From assembly GCA_965197475.1 (NCBI GenBank), contig CBDANF010000003.1, positions 3,520,001-3,584,000 on the forward strand: a stretch of 64,000 nucleotides of DNA. Reading direction: 5' to 3'. Made by a program: the position numbers and the translations under genes. The notes under the pieces were generated by a model. The model saw only the letters and a list, made by a program, of their open reading frames with translations. It was not told where the DNA came from and made no database searches. The DNA is from Candidatus Poribacteria bacterium. Lineage in GTDB: Bacteria; Poribacteria; WGA-4E; WGA-3G. This document shows, in pieces, positions 9,755 through 19,425 of this stretch; within the stretch, counting starts at the first letter, position 1; each line of letters opens with the position of its first letter.

Positions 9755-10819
9755 ATGCAATTGAAACCTGATGCCCCACATCTGAATTGGCAAGGCGTTG
9801 TGTCTCTTGAGAAAACAGATGACTCACTTATGCCGTGGCGAACTCCTCACCAGATGCACGTGCTATTTCCAGAACCGTTATTAGAACGCTCAGCGATGCC
9901 CGCAGGGGTTCGTGTCAGCTTTCGGAGTAACACCACCCGCGTTTCGGGCAGTATCGTTGAGCAGCGCGAATCCGGTATGCTTGACCTCTGTTGTAATGGA
10001 GAATTCATTGAATCGTTTGATCTGAAGGGAAAAAACAGCTTCGTCTTTGAGAATCTGTCGGGTCAGGACAAATTAATTGAATTATGGTTGCCACAATTCG
10101 GAAGGTTTCAACTTCGTAATTTAAACATAGATGATGGCGCGACATTAGAACCGTTCATTGATAAACGTCCACGGTGGATCACTTATGGAAGCTCTATCAC
10201 CCAGTGCCGCTCAGCGGCATCACCAACGCAGACATGGCCAGGGGTTGTGGCACGCGATCAAGGGTTCAACTTAACTTGTCTCGGTTATGGTGGGCAGTGT
10301 CACCTTGATTCTATGATAGCGCGGATGATCCGTGACCTACCAGCTAACTATATCTCAATGTGTCTCGGCATCAACATCCAAGGGGCATCTAGTTTGGGAC
10401 CTCGTGCGTTTCGTCCGGCAATTGTCGGCGCAGTACAGATTATTCGTGAAAAACATACGGACATACCTATCGTCCTGATGTCACCTATCTACTGTCCGAA
10501 CAGAGAAGAAAACCCAAACGCTGTTGGTTTCAATCTGCAGAAAATGCGTGAAGAGGTGCAAGCAGCTGCCGAAGCACTGCAAACTTATGGTGACGATAAT
10601 ATTCATTACGTCAGCGGTTTAGACGTATTCGGTCCTGACTTTGTTGACCTGCTCCCGGATAACTTGCATCCCGATGCAGAGGGATATAGAGTGATGGGAA
10701 AGAATTTTATAACTGCGGTAGCTAAGAAATTTTTTCTGATTCCGTATAAACCTAAAGTGCACGAAGTATTGAATTCCGTGACAAATACAAAAACCTTTTA
10801 CAAAGAAATCCAACGCTAA
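9755..10819 (+). CDS. SGNH/GDSL hydrolase
   Basis: YGSSITQ, LGIN and DNLHP motifs. Confidence 0.8.
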   Translation: MQLKPDAPHLNWQGVVSLEKTDDSLMPWRTPHQMHVLFPEPLLERSAMPAGVRVSFRSNTTRVSGSIVEQRESGMLDLCCNGEFIESFDLKGKNSFVFENLSGQDKLIELWLPQFGRFQLRNLNIDDGATLEPFIDKRPRWITYGSSITQCRSAASPTQTWPGVVARDQGFNLTCLGYGGQCHLDSMIARMIRDLPANYISMCLGINIQGASSLGPRAFRPAIVGAVQIIREKHTDIPIVLMSPIYCPNREENPNAVGFNLQKMREEVQAAAEALQTYGDDNIHYVSGLDVFGPDFVDLLPDNLHPDAEGYRVMGKNFITAVAKKFFLIPYKPKVHEVLNSVTNTKTFYKEIQR

Positions 10820-10957
10820 AACAACCAAGACTCAAGTAGCACTGAGCGTTGTTGCATAGTTATGGAAGGGTTTTCGCACAACTACCGCGAAATCATTTTG
10901 ACAAAAGCCTCCTAATTCTATTCGCAATGCCTCTGCTGCTATAAGGAGGTATTTCCG

Positions 10958-11673
10958 ATGAGACGTATAATGTACTGTTTGCTTGGGGTGGTAGTCATGT
11001 TAAATGCGCCTGCGGCTTTTGCAATCCATAACGAGGAGAAGGGACCGGAAAAATTCGGACGCTACGAATTCAAAGAACAGGATATTGATGCAGCAACTAA
11101 AGCTTGTGATGCTGACGGTAAACCGGGACCCGAATTTGTGCCAACGGTTCGGGATAAACAACCGAATTTGGCTTTATTGAAAGATGCTAAAGCGGAGGCT
11201 TCTTCCCTATTAGCAGGGTGGTGTCCCCACCGGCACTGCACGGAATATCTTAATGATGGCTTCTACAACAACTGCCGTAGTTGGATCATTGATACGATCC
11301 CCGGCTGGGCAGAGATCGACATCGGTGCTGTCGCTAATGTGAACCGCATCTTTTTTGCAAGTGATCATTCGCAAGGCTTCATTGACCGCACAGCTGCCGA
11401 TTTTGACATCCTCGTCGCAACAACCAAGGCAGATGCAAACTCTATGCAGATACATGGAAAAAAGTCTACACCCACGAGGGGGCACCAATTAGCAAAACTA
11501 CTGAGTTTACATTTGAAGATGTAGAAGCACGTTGGCTGCGCATCCACATTCGTGCCAATAATGGCGCGCGTATTGATGAAATTGAGATTTATGGAGGCAA
11601 TGATCCGATGGCAGTTGAACCAACTGCTAAACTAACGACAATCTGGGCACAAGTTAAAACTGATAAATTCTAA
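10958..11673 (+). CDS. Secreted discoidin/F5-8-like protein with C-terminal VEPxxKLTTxWA tail; frameshift at ~11443
   Basis: Signal peptide; WAEIDIG; continues in another frame as RWLRIHI...IDEIEIYG...AVEPTAKLTTIWAQVK, stop at 11673. Confidence 0.65.
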
Positions 11674-11682
11674 CAATATGTA

Positions 11683-12126
11683 ATACCATATCTAATTGAC
11701 ATAATATCATAATAGCTTGTTTTATACCATACACCTTTCGCACCGCTGGTGCTTAGTTTCTTGTGGTATACTTTTCTATACACCTTCCGCACCGCTGGTG
11801 CTGATACGATTGACTATAGCCTCGGAGAGGCAGCATGCGCGTATGGCATGCTGCATGAGGTATATAGCAGCTGATGTCTGTGTTTACCAAGCTCCAGAGG
11901 GGCGACAGGTGTATATTTTCCACCGCATAACACTAAAATCGACGCATAAGGGTATCGCAAGCTCTACCCGACGGACGAAATAATGCAATACAATCTATTA
12001 GAAATGGTATAATACCATTTCTAATAAATTATCTTTCATTAGGGATTTGTCCGTGGAAGAAACCCCCTTATCAGGGGGACTTTTAAAGAATAGTCGTTAT
12101 GTAAGTTTTTCAAATAGAAATGGTAT
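11683..12126. repeat. Two tandem MITE-like cassettes with ATACCAT(T/A)TCTA inverted ends enclosing REP-like palindromes
   Basis: Inverted ends at ~11683/12010 and 12012/12126; internal ATACACCTT(T/C)CGCACCGCTGGTGCT at 11729 and 11778, an inverted copy at 11890-11915, and AACCCCCTTATCAGGGGGACTTT at 12061-12083. Confidence 0.7.
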
Positions 12127-12145
12127 AAGGTAACTTGAAGCGTAA

Positions 12146-13183
12146 ATGATGCAGCAAAAAACCGCCTTGAGTACAGATCGCGGCATTGATCCCTTAACCA
12201 TCGGCATTATTGGTGCTGGCAGGATGGGAAGACATCATCATAGTGCAATAACCGGCTACGGCGCGCGTGTAGTTGCTGTTCACGATGTTCGGCTTGAGGT
12301 AGCACAAGAACTTGCAACGCTTGCCGATACTGAACTTGCTACCGATGTATTGGGTGATTTTTTTGATATAGAAATGAACGGGGTGGTGATTACAACGCCA
12401 CCTCCTGTTCGTTTAGAGCCTATCCAGATGGCGTGCGAACGCGGTATCGCATTGATGGTTGAGAAACCGCCCGCACTGAATATTGCTGAAGGACAAAAAT
12501 GTCTTGAATGTATTGAAAAAGCAGATGTGATCGCAGCGGTCGGATTTCAACTCCGGTACCATCCTCTCTACGAACGACTGAAGGCATTAATCACTTCAGA
12601 GACTGTCCATCTGGTGCGAACAGTCTGCACAATCAATTACTACCTCAATTTTCAAATGCCTACCTGGTTTCTACAGTCTGAGATAAGCGGTGGTCCCTTA
12701 GCAGAACAAGCGGTGCATGTGCTTGATTGTGCAAGGTTTGTTTTAGGAAATCCGAAACCTATGCAAGCACACGCATTGGCTGTAAAAAATATGGCGTTAG
12801 ACCGAACCGAATTTGACGCTGAAAATGCTATCCAGATGACTTACGAATTGGACAATGGCGTTTTCGGAACACACATGAATCACTGTGGTACCGAAGGGTT
12901 TTGCTTTGAAGTTGAGGTTGTAGGACCGCATTTACGCTTGCAAGCAAATATGGCGGATAACGCAATTCGCGGCTATTTTAATGGTGATACAATAAATGAA
13001 TCTGCTGTTTCGCAAAACAGTTTAGGTTTAGACAAAACTGAAGCGTGGCTACGTGCTATTGAAACGGCGGATAGAACACTGATCCGTTCCACTTTCGCTG
13101 ACGCACTTCACACGCTTGAATTGATTGACGCGGCAATTAAAAGTCGCAATACAGGCAAATTTATTAAAGTGGAGGAATTGTAA
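12146..13183 (+). CDS. Gfo/Idh/MocA family oxidoreductase
   Basis: GIIGAGRMG, VEKPPA, GFQLRY and EQAVHVLD motifs. Confidence 0.85.
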   Translation: MMQQKTALSTDRGIDPLTIGIIGAGRMGRHHHSAITGYGARVVAVHDVRLEVAQELATLADTELATDVLGDFFDIEMNGVVITTPPPVRLEPIQMACERGIALMVEKPPALNIAEGQKCLECIEKADVIAAVGFQLRYHPLYERLKALITSETVHLVRTVCTINYYLNFQMPTWFLQSEISGGPLAEQAVHVLDCARFVLGNPKPMQAHALAVKNMALDRTEFDAENAIQMTYELDNGVFGTHMNHCGTEGFCFEVEVVGPHLRLQANMADNAIRGYFNGDTINESAVSQNSLGLDKTEAWLRAIETADRTLIRSTFADALHTLELIDAAIKSRNTGKFIKVEEL

Positions 13184-13527
13184 TGATAGACTGGATCTAT
13201 TTTCGGAATAGCTGAAACTCATGCAAAAAAGTGCAAGAGGTTCTTGACACACACAACTTACAAGCAGAAAACCGATCTGATGCGCGAAAAGAAAAACTGG
13301 AAGCAGACGCTGTATGGGATTTAATGGTAAATGCTGATCGGATAGTTGTCGCGAAGGGTAAGAGCGTGGAAACCTTTGTCCCAAATGATGATGACCGTGA
13401 ATCAATTCTGAAAGCAGTTTTGGGACGCAGTGGTAGTTTGCGTGCCCCAACGGTCAAGACAGGGAATACCTTTTTTGTTGGCTACAACGATGCACTCTAT
13501 AGTGATGTGCTGTTCGCAAACGGGTAG
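13183..13527 (+). CDS. ArsC/Spx-like thioredoxin-fold selenoprotein (UxxC)
   Basis: GGAGG then ATG at 13183: MIDWIYFRNS-TGA(13213)-NSCKK, in frame with the 13231 ORF ending LGRSGSLRAPT; hairpin 16-35 nt after the TGA. Confidence 0.75.
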
Positions 13528-13537
13528 CTAAAAACAG

Positions 13538-14302
13538 ATGGTTATTGAAAAGATTCTGATTACCGGTGCTTCTGGCTATCTTGCCCAATTCATCATTGAG
13601 CGGTTGCACACCGAATATCAACTGACACTGACTGATATTGTTGAACCGAAGCGCGAGTTTGATGGAACAACATTTATCAAAGCAGATGTAACAAATGCAT
13701 CTGAAATTGAAGATGCGTGTGCAGAGCAAGATGCTGTCGTTCACCTCGTCGCGCTGGTAAGGGAACGACACGGTAAACCTAACCCTTTATTTGCAGATGT
13801 AATGGTAAAGGGAACATGGAATGTCGCTGAGGCATGTGTGCGGCAGGGCGTGCAAAAATTGGTTAACATCTCAAGTATTGCTGCATGCCCACCTGCGCCA
13901 GGGGTCCAATTGCCTTATCAGGTTGGCGATGCGTTTCAGTTTGGTAGAGGCGACCTTTATTATGCGTTAGCAAAACACCTCGGTGAGCAGATCGGCTTAG
14001 CCTACCATCAAGCACACGGATTGAAAGTAATTCATGTCCGTCCAGGTGTCATAGCAGGAGATGGGCAAAATCCCGGTCCTTCAGCACCTGAAGTCGTAAC
14101 CGATCCTTGGTTTGTTTACGTTGATCCGAGGGATGTTGCACAGTGTGTGGAACGTGCTATTGAAACGGAACACGTAAATTACGGCGCATATAACGCAGTC
14201 GCTGGTCGGGCAGACTCGCGTTACGACTGGAAGCAAGCAAAAAAGGAATTAGGGTATTCACCCGAACACAATTGGGAAGATATACCGGATAGTGATCAGT
14301 GA
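13538..14302 (+). CDS. NAD-dependent epimerase/dehydratase
   Basis: ITGASGYLA and YALAK (YxxxK) motifs. Confidence 0.85.
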   Translation: MVIEKILITGASGYLAQFIIERLHTEYQLTLTDIVEPKREFDGTTFIKADVTNASEIEDACAEQDAVVHLVALVRERHGKPNPLFADVMVKGTWNVAEACVRQGVQKLVNISSIAACPPAPGVQLPYQVGDAFQFGRGDLYYALAKHLGEQIGLAYHQAHGLKVIHVRPGVIAGDGQNPGPSAPEVVTDPWFVYVDPRDVAQCVERAIETEHVNYGAYNAVAGRADSRYDWKQAKKELGYSPEHNWEDIPDSDQ

Positions 14303-14309
14303 GGTACTT

Positions 14310-15740
14310 ATGACTTCTCAAAAAGACGAAATCCAATCACAAACCTCTGAGCTGCTTAACGAAATCACTGCACTTGATGTTGAACTCACTGAGGATTTCA
14401 AATCACAATTATCAATCGCTCCATTTTTATCTCGGAAAATTGTGAGTTTTCAAGGAAACAAAGATAAACCAGCATATAGTTGGTATAAATACAAAGAAGC
14501 GTTTTCGGCGGGACTTGTTGCCTATTTTCTGGGCGGTTATGAAGGTGGAATGCGGGGAACAGTGCTTGACCCATTCGCAGGTATAGGCACAACACTCTTT
14601 GCCGCAAGTGAGCAAGATATTCACGCTGACGGGATTGAATTGCTGCCTATTGGACAGGAAATTATCCAAACACGACTTTTATTGCAAAAAGGCTTGACCT
14701 CTAATGAAATTGCTACGTTTGAGTGCTGGATAGTCTCTCAACCATGGAGGGAATTTCCGGAGAAAGTGCCATTTAGCACGTTCCGGATTACAAATGGTGC
14801 CTATCCTTCAGAAACATTAGAAGCAATTGAACGTTACAGGGGTGCACTACAGCAGGAGAGTGAGAAGATTCAGGCAATTCTTCGTCTTGCATTGTTGTGC
14901 GTTTTAGAATCGATTAGTTATACCCGAAAAGATGGACAATATCTGCGTTGGGATGCGCGCTCGGGCAAAATACGACCAGGCACAAAGCCGTTCAATAAAG
15001 GGGCAATTCTTTCATTTGAGGCTGCAATAACTGCAAAACTAAAAGAGATTTTATCAGATGTAACTTCTGCTGAAACACCCACAACTCTCTTTCCTGTAAC
15101 ACAAACATCAAGTGATATTCGGTTGTTTAAAGACTCGTGTCTTGAAATTTTACCCTCCTTAGAAACATCAACTTATGATGCAATCATGACTTCGCCCCCT
15201 TATTGCAACCGTTACGATTATACTCGGACCTACGCTCTTGAGTTGGCGATGTTGGGTTTGACCCATGAAGAAGTTTGTGATTTACGGCAGGAAATGCTCA
15301 GTTGTACGGTAGAAAACAGAGAGAAGGATTTATTGAAAATTTGTCCGAAGTGGTCTCCATTTATAGAAGCAGTCAACAATCAGAAATTGCTTAAAACAAT
15401 AAACACCTATCTTGAGCACGAAAAGGCGGCTGGTACATTAAACAACAACAGCATTCCGAGAATGGTCCGCGGTTATTTTTCTGAAATGGCGTGCGTCATT
15501 GGTGAATGTTTCCGCTTGCTAAGACCGAATGCGCGTCTCTTTATGGTCAATGATAATGTGCGCTACGCAGGTGTTAGCATTTCTGTAGACCTGATTTTAT
15601 CCGATATAGCACGAACGTTGGGGTTTGAAGTTGAAAAAATACTCGTAGTACCAGGAAAAAAGGGAAATAGCAGTCAGCAAATGGGCACTTATGGTCGCAT
15701 ACCTCTTCGTAAATGTGTATATGTCTGGAGAAAAAGATAG
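14310..15740 (+). CDS. Type II DNA methyltransferase (N4-cytosine, M.AvaI/M.BsoBI-like)
   Basis: LDPFAGIGTT and TSPPYCNRYDY motifs; adjacent to a BsoBI-type REase. Confidence 0.85.
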   Translation: MTSQKDEIQSQTSELLNEITALDVELTEDFKSQLSIAPFLSRKIVSFQGNKDKPAYSWYKYKEAFSAGLVAYFLGGYEGGMRGTVLDPFAGIGTTLFAASEQDIHADGIELLPIGQEIIQTRLLLQKGLTSNEIATFECWIVSQPWREFPEKVPFSTFRITNGAYPSETLEAIERYRGALQQESEKIQAILRLALLCVLESISYTRKDGQYLRWDARSGKIRPGTKPFNKGAILSFEAAITAKLKEILSDVTSAETPTTLFPVTQTSSDIRLFKDSCLEILPSLETSTYDAIMTSPPYCNRYDYTRTYALELAMLGLTHEEVCDLRQEMLSCTVENREKDLLKICPKWSPFIEAVNNQKLLKTINTYLEHEKAAGTLNNNSIPRMVRGYFSEMACVIGECFRLLRPNARLFMVNDNVRYAGVSISVDLILSDIARTLGFEVEKILVVPGKKGNSSQQMGTYGRIPLRKCVYVWRKR

Positions 15741-16687
15741 TGTTGTATATTCAACATTTAACTGGTAGTACGGACCTAATTACTCCTCCAGAGGAAATCC
15801 GCGCCGGTTTTGTTACTCTTGCATTGGAAAGGAATCGACAGGCTACTCCTTTTGTAGAACAAGCAAGAGCATTGAAAGTTTTAGCACAGCAAGCTAAATA
15901 CCCTATTGACTTACTTAAAATTGATGGGATTAAAACCGCGTTACTGACAGCTGCAGGATTTTCAGATAAGGCAGTTAGACACACAGATGAAATCAACCAA
16001 ACAAGAGCAATAGAACAATTAATAGAGAATTTTTTAGAACCAGTTGGCACAGAGTTTGTTGAGGAATTAGTTTATCGATTTCTCTTGACACGTGGGGATT
16101 CGTTAGGTGGTGCGATGCGGAATATTGCAGGCAAGTTAGCAGAAAGGAAACTAACCCGTGCAATTATTTCTGCACTGACACTAACTGAGACGACTTACCA
16201 GTGGTATAACACTGTTAGTAACACATGGATCACAGGAAAAAATGGTGAAGCAGATATAGAATTGAGTGTAAAAGGGCTTAGTTGGGAAAGGAATGGTGAA
16301 ACGCGAACACTAATTTACAATAAAACTATTCCATTAGTTAAGAAAAATATAGATATGTGCCTTCTCTGCTGTACCACAGACGAGATAAAGCCTGCAATTT
16401 TCAGAGTTCCTGAACAGTTTATCGCCTTTGGTGAATTGAAAGGAGGAATTGATCCTGCTGGTGCAGATGAACATTGGAAAACCGCACAAACGGCATTAAC
16501 ACGGATCAGAACATCTTTTGCAACTGAAAACTTGTCACCAGACATCTTTTTTATCGGAGCTGTTATTGTTGACAGTATGGCACAGGAAATTTGGAGACAT
16601 CTTGAGGAAGGAACACTGAAGAACGCAGCTAACTTGACAAAAGCTGACCAAGTTGCATCATTATCCAATTGGCTTGTTAGTTTGTAA
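15740..16687 (+). CDS. Type II restriction endonuclease, AvaI/BsoBI family
   Basis: RFLLTRGDSLGGAMRN and GELKGGIDPAGADEHWKTA motifs; GTG start coupled to the MTase stop. Confidence 0.85.
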   Translation: MLYIQHLTGSTDLITPPEEIRAGFVTLALERNRQATPFVEQARALKVLAQQAKYPIDLLKIDGIKTALLTAAGFSDKAVRHTDEINQTRAIEQLIENFLEPVGTEFVEELVYRFLLTRGDSLGGAMRNIAGKLAERKLTRAIISALTLTETTYQWYNTVSNTWITGKNGEADIELSVKGLSWERNGETRTLIYNKTIPLVKKNIDMCLLCCTTDEIKPAIFRVPEQFIAFGELKGGIDPAGADEHWKTAQTALTRIRTSFATENLSPDIFFIGAVIVDSMAQEIWRHLEEGTLKNAANLTKADQVASLSNWLVSL

Positions 16688-16710
16688 ATTAGGAAACACT
16701 ACTCAGAGCC

Positions 16711-18324
16711 TTACAACGGCACGAGTCCTGCATATTTTATACCTGTCAAATATGCGATTTCGCGTTTCCAAGTGGTTAGGTCATCTGGGTTAAATTGGTT
16801 CAAATGCTTATGTCCACATGCTCGTGCTAAAACCTGCATTAATTCAACAGAGGCAGATAAAAACCTATTCAACCTTTGCGCTGCAGCATGAACCTTCAAT
16901 CGTGCACGCAAATGCTCCTTTTGCGTGGCAATTCCGACAGGACAATTGTTAGTATGACACGCCCGCATCCCGATACACCCGATCGCTTGCATTGCTGAAT
17001 TCGCGATCGCAACGCCATCTGCACCGAGTGCCAATGCTTTGGCAAAATCTGCCGATGTTCTCAAACCACCAGTGATGATAAGCGTTACATCGCTATTCCC
17101 AGTATCATCAAGATACTTACGTGCACGTGCTAACGCAGGCATTGTCGGCACTGAAATGTTGTCCCGGAACAGAAGTGGCGCAGCACCAGTGCCACCACCA
17201 CGACCATCCAAAATAATGTAATCCACGCCGATGTGGAGTGCCGCTTCAATATCCTTTTCAATATGTTGTGCGGAGAGCTTAAACCCAATCGGAATGCCAC
17301 CGGTTTCTTTCCGAACTAATTCCGCGAATTTGGCGAAACCGTCTAACGTTTCCCAATCGGGAAACCGCGCAGGTGAGATTGCCGGTTGTCCTGCGGACAA
17401 CCCGCGAACAGATGCTATTTCTTCGGTTACCTTGCTACCGGGCAGATGTCCACCGGTTCCTGTTTTTGCCCCTTGTCCGCCTTTGAAGTGAAACGCTTGC
17501 GCAGGATCTAATTTTTCAAAAGAGAAACCAAATCTTGCAGATGCTAACTCATAAAAATAACGACTGTTTGCCTCAGCCTCTGCTTGTAGCATGCCGCCTT
17601 CACCAGAGCAGATACCTGTGCCTGCCATTTCCGCGCCCTTTGCCAATGCTATTTTCGCTTCAGCCGATAATGCCCCGAAACTCATATCGGAAACAAAGAT
17701 GGGAATCTCTAACCGCAGCGGTTTCTTAGCCCGTGGACCGATAACTAATTCAGTACCAACCAATGTTTCATCAAGATGTGGAGTTTTGTGTAGTTGTGCC
17801 ACCACAAACTGTAGATCATCCCAATTCGGCAGATCATTTCGAAGCACACCCATTGCTGCAGTCTGACCATGATGACCAACTTTACTAAGTCCATTGCTTG
17901 CTAATTCCTGAATTTCAGCAACAAAAGGTTCTTCTGTTGTCCCATGGATGTCCTGATAGGTTCCCTGATATTGATCACGATGATAGGGTTGTGGGTTCTC
18001 TTTTTCCCACTCACGAATTTCATCTTCGTCAACATATACCCCGTCATCTTCTAACCACGCGGAAAACTTAGCAAGACATTCAGAATTCAGGTACTCGCTT
18101 ATACCCGTATCGTAGCGATAATCCCAAAAGTGAACGCCACAAATCAGGTTCTCACCATCAATATAACCGTCTGCAAGCAGCGCGCCGCGATGATGGCATC
18201 TTCCGTATAACACAGAAATCTGGTTATCATATCGGATAATGACTAAATCTACATTCGCAACAAGGGCGTAAGCAGGTACACGGTCTTCGAGTTCGCTAAA
18301 ATTAGCGACTTTTGTTTTCGTCAT
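16711..18324 (-). CDS. Rieske-domain plus FMN-binding glutamate synthase-like protein
   Basis: CHH...CGVH Rieske motif; SDMSFGALS, GQGAKTGTGG, CIGMRACHTNNCPVG. Confidence 0.85.
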   Translation of the reverse strand: MTKTKVANFSELEDRVPAYALVANVDLVIIRYDNQISVLYGRCHHRGALLADGYIDGENLICGVHFWDYRYDTGISEYLNSECLAKFSAWLEDDGVYVDEDEIREWEKENPQPYHRDQYQGTYQDIHGTTEEPFVAEIQELASNGLSKVGHHGQTAAMGVLRNDLPNWDDLQFVVAQLHKTPHLDETLVGTELVIGPRAKKPLRLEIPIFVSDMSFGALSAEAKIALAKGAEMAGTGICSGEGGMLQAEAEANSRYFYELASARFGFSFEKLDPAQAFHFKGGQGAKTGTGGHLPGSKVTEEIASVRGLSAGQPAISPARFPDWETLDGFAKFAELVRKETGGIPIGFKLSAQHIEKDIEAALHIGVDYIILDGRGGGTGAAPLLFRDNISVPTMPALARARKYLDDTGNSDVTLIITGGLRTSADFAKALALGADGVAIANSAMQAIGCIGMRACHTNNCPVGIATQKEHLRARLKVHAAAQRLNRFLSASVELMQVLARACGHKHLNQFNPDDLTTWKREIAYLTGIKYAGLVPL

Positions 18325-18370
18325 GTTTTCTGAGATGTTCTTTCTGCGGATTAGATGCGTATGTCCGACC

Positions 18371-18754
18371 TTACTGTTGCGGTGCGTTATGAGAATCAAT
18401 TCCAGATTCTTCCTCACCACCAGATGTCTCTTGTTCCAATTGTGCGAGACGTTGATCTAACGCTTGCTGCTGTTTTCCCAATCGCAACAAGTAGAGCATA
18501 AAAACCAACCAGATTATCAGATAAGCGGATACAAGGTATTTAAGGCGCGTGCGTTGTGCCGATTCCAGTTTTTCTATTGAAAGTGTGACTGCTTGTTTTA
18601 CAATGTCTTCATCCTCTGCAGTAACTTGAGATTCCGAGATTGCCTCCTTGATAACCACTTCAACCTTTTCACGGTCCAAAGTTGGCACCTGAATTGTCAA
18701 GAACAGCAAACTGAATACGATCAAAAAACTTAATAAGATTACAATTCGCATCAA
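18371..18754 (-). CDS. CcmD-like membrane protein
   Basis: YLVSAYLIIW...YLLRL motif downstream of ccmC. Confidence 0.5.
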   Translation of the reverse strand: MMRIVILLSFLIVFSLLFLTIQVPTLDREKVEVVIKEAISESQVTAEDEDIVKQAVTLSIEKLESAQRTRLKYLVSAYLIIWLVFMLYLLRLGKQQQALDQRLAQLEQETSGGEEESGIDSHNAPQQ

Positions 18755-19425
18755 GATATCTCCTCTAAATGTTTCCGGCGGATCACTTCATAGCGTGACT
18801 CTGTCTTTTTAATCTGGGACTGTAGGATTAATAAAAGTGTAAAAAGTATAATGAATGCTACTAACACCACAATCCATGTATGCAGTATTGATGGAACAAC
18901 ATTAAATTTTGATCCACGCCCTGGATGTGTTTTTTCTTCCCACAATTTTGTGGCAAAATGGACAATCGGCACATTGAGGAAGGCGATAATTCCAAGCACC
19001 GCCGAATAGAGTCTGCGTTTGTCTTCAGCTAAAGCAGAACGAAGAATGAAATACCCAACGTACATTAGCCAAAGAACGAGTGTACTCGTAAGTCGTGCTT
19101 CCCAGTTCCACCAGGTATTCCAAGCATATTTTGCCCAAATGGGACCAGAAAGCAGCACAATAGTACAAAAAATAAGACCTATTTCTGCTGCTGAAGCTGC
19201 CAGCAGATCGTCGTCCGGTTTGCGTTTAATCAAATACTTGATGCTAAATATAAAGTTTACACCGAACGCCAGATATACAGTCATCGCAGCTGAAACGTGG
19301 AAGAAAAAAATCTTCTGAACCTCTAACATTGACTTTTCAATCTGGGCATAGGAGAAGATAAGATAGAGGGCGATGAAGATCAGGATTGCGCTGACGAAGG
19401 TAAGAATTTTTACTGATTTTCCCAT
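18751..19425 (-). CDS. ccmC: Cytochrome c biogenesis heme exporter CcmC
   Basis: FFFHV and GPIWAKYAWNTWWNWEARLT tryptophan-rich motif. Confidence 0.85.
   Translation of the reverse strand: MGKSVKILTFVSAILIFIALYLIFSYAQIEKSMLEVQKIFFFHVSAAMTVYLAFGVNFIFSIKYLIKRKPDDDLLAASAAEIGLIFCTIVLLSGPIWAKYAWNTWWNWEARLTSTLVLWLMYVGYFILRSALAEDKRRLYSAVLGIIAFLNVPIVHFATKLWEEKTHPGRGSKFNVVPSILHTWIVVLVAFIILFTLLLILQSQIKKTESRYEVIRRKHLEEIS

Noticed and set aside
11717-11983. 88-aa ORF in the repeat cluster
   Set aside because: Composed of REP/MITE repeats; likely spurious.
14310-16687. AvaI/BsoBI R-M pair as a novel system
   Set aside because: Canonical, intact type II R-M organisation.
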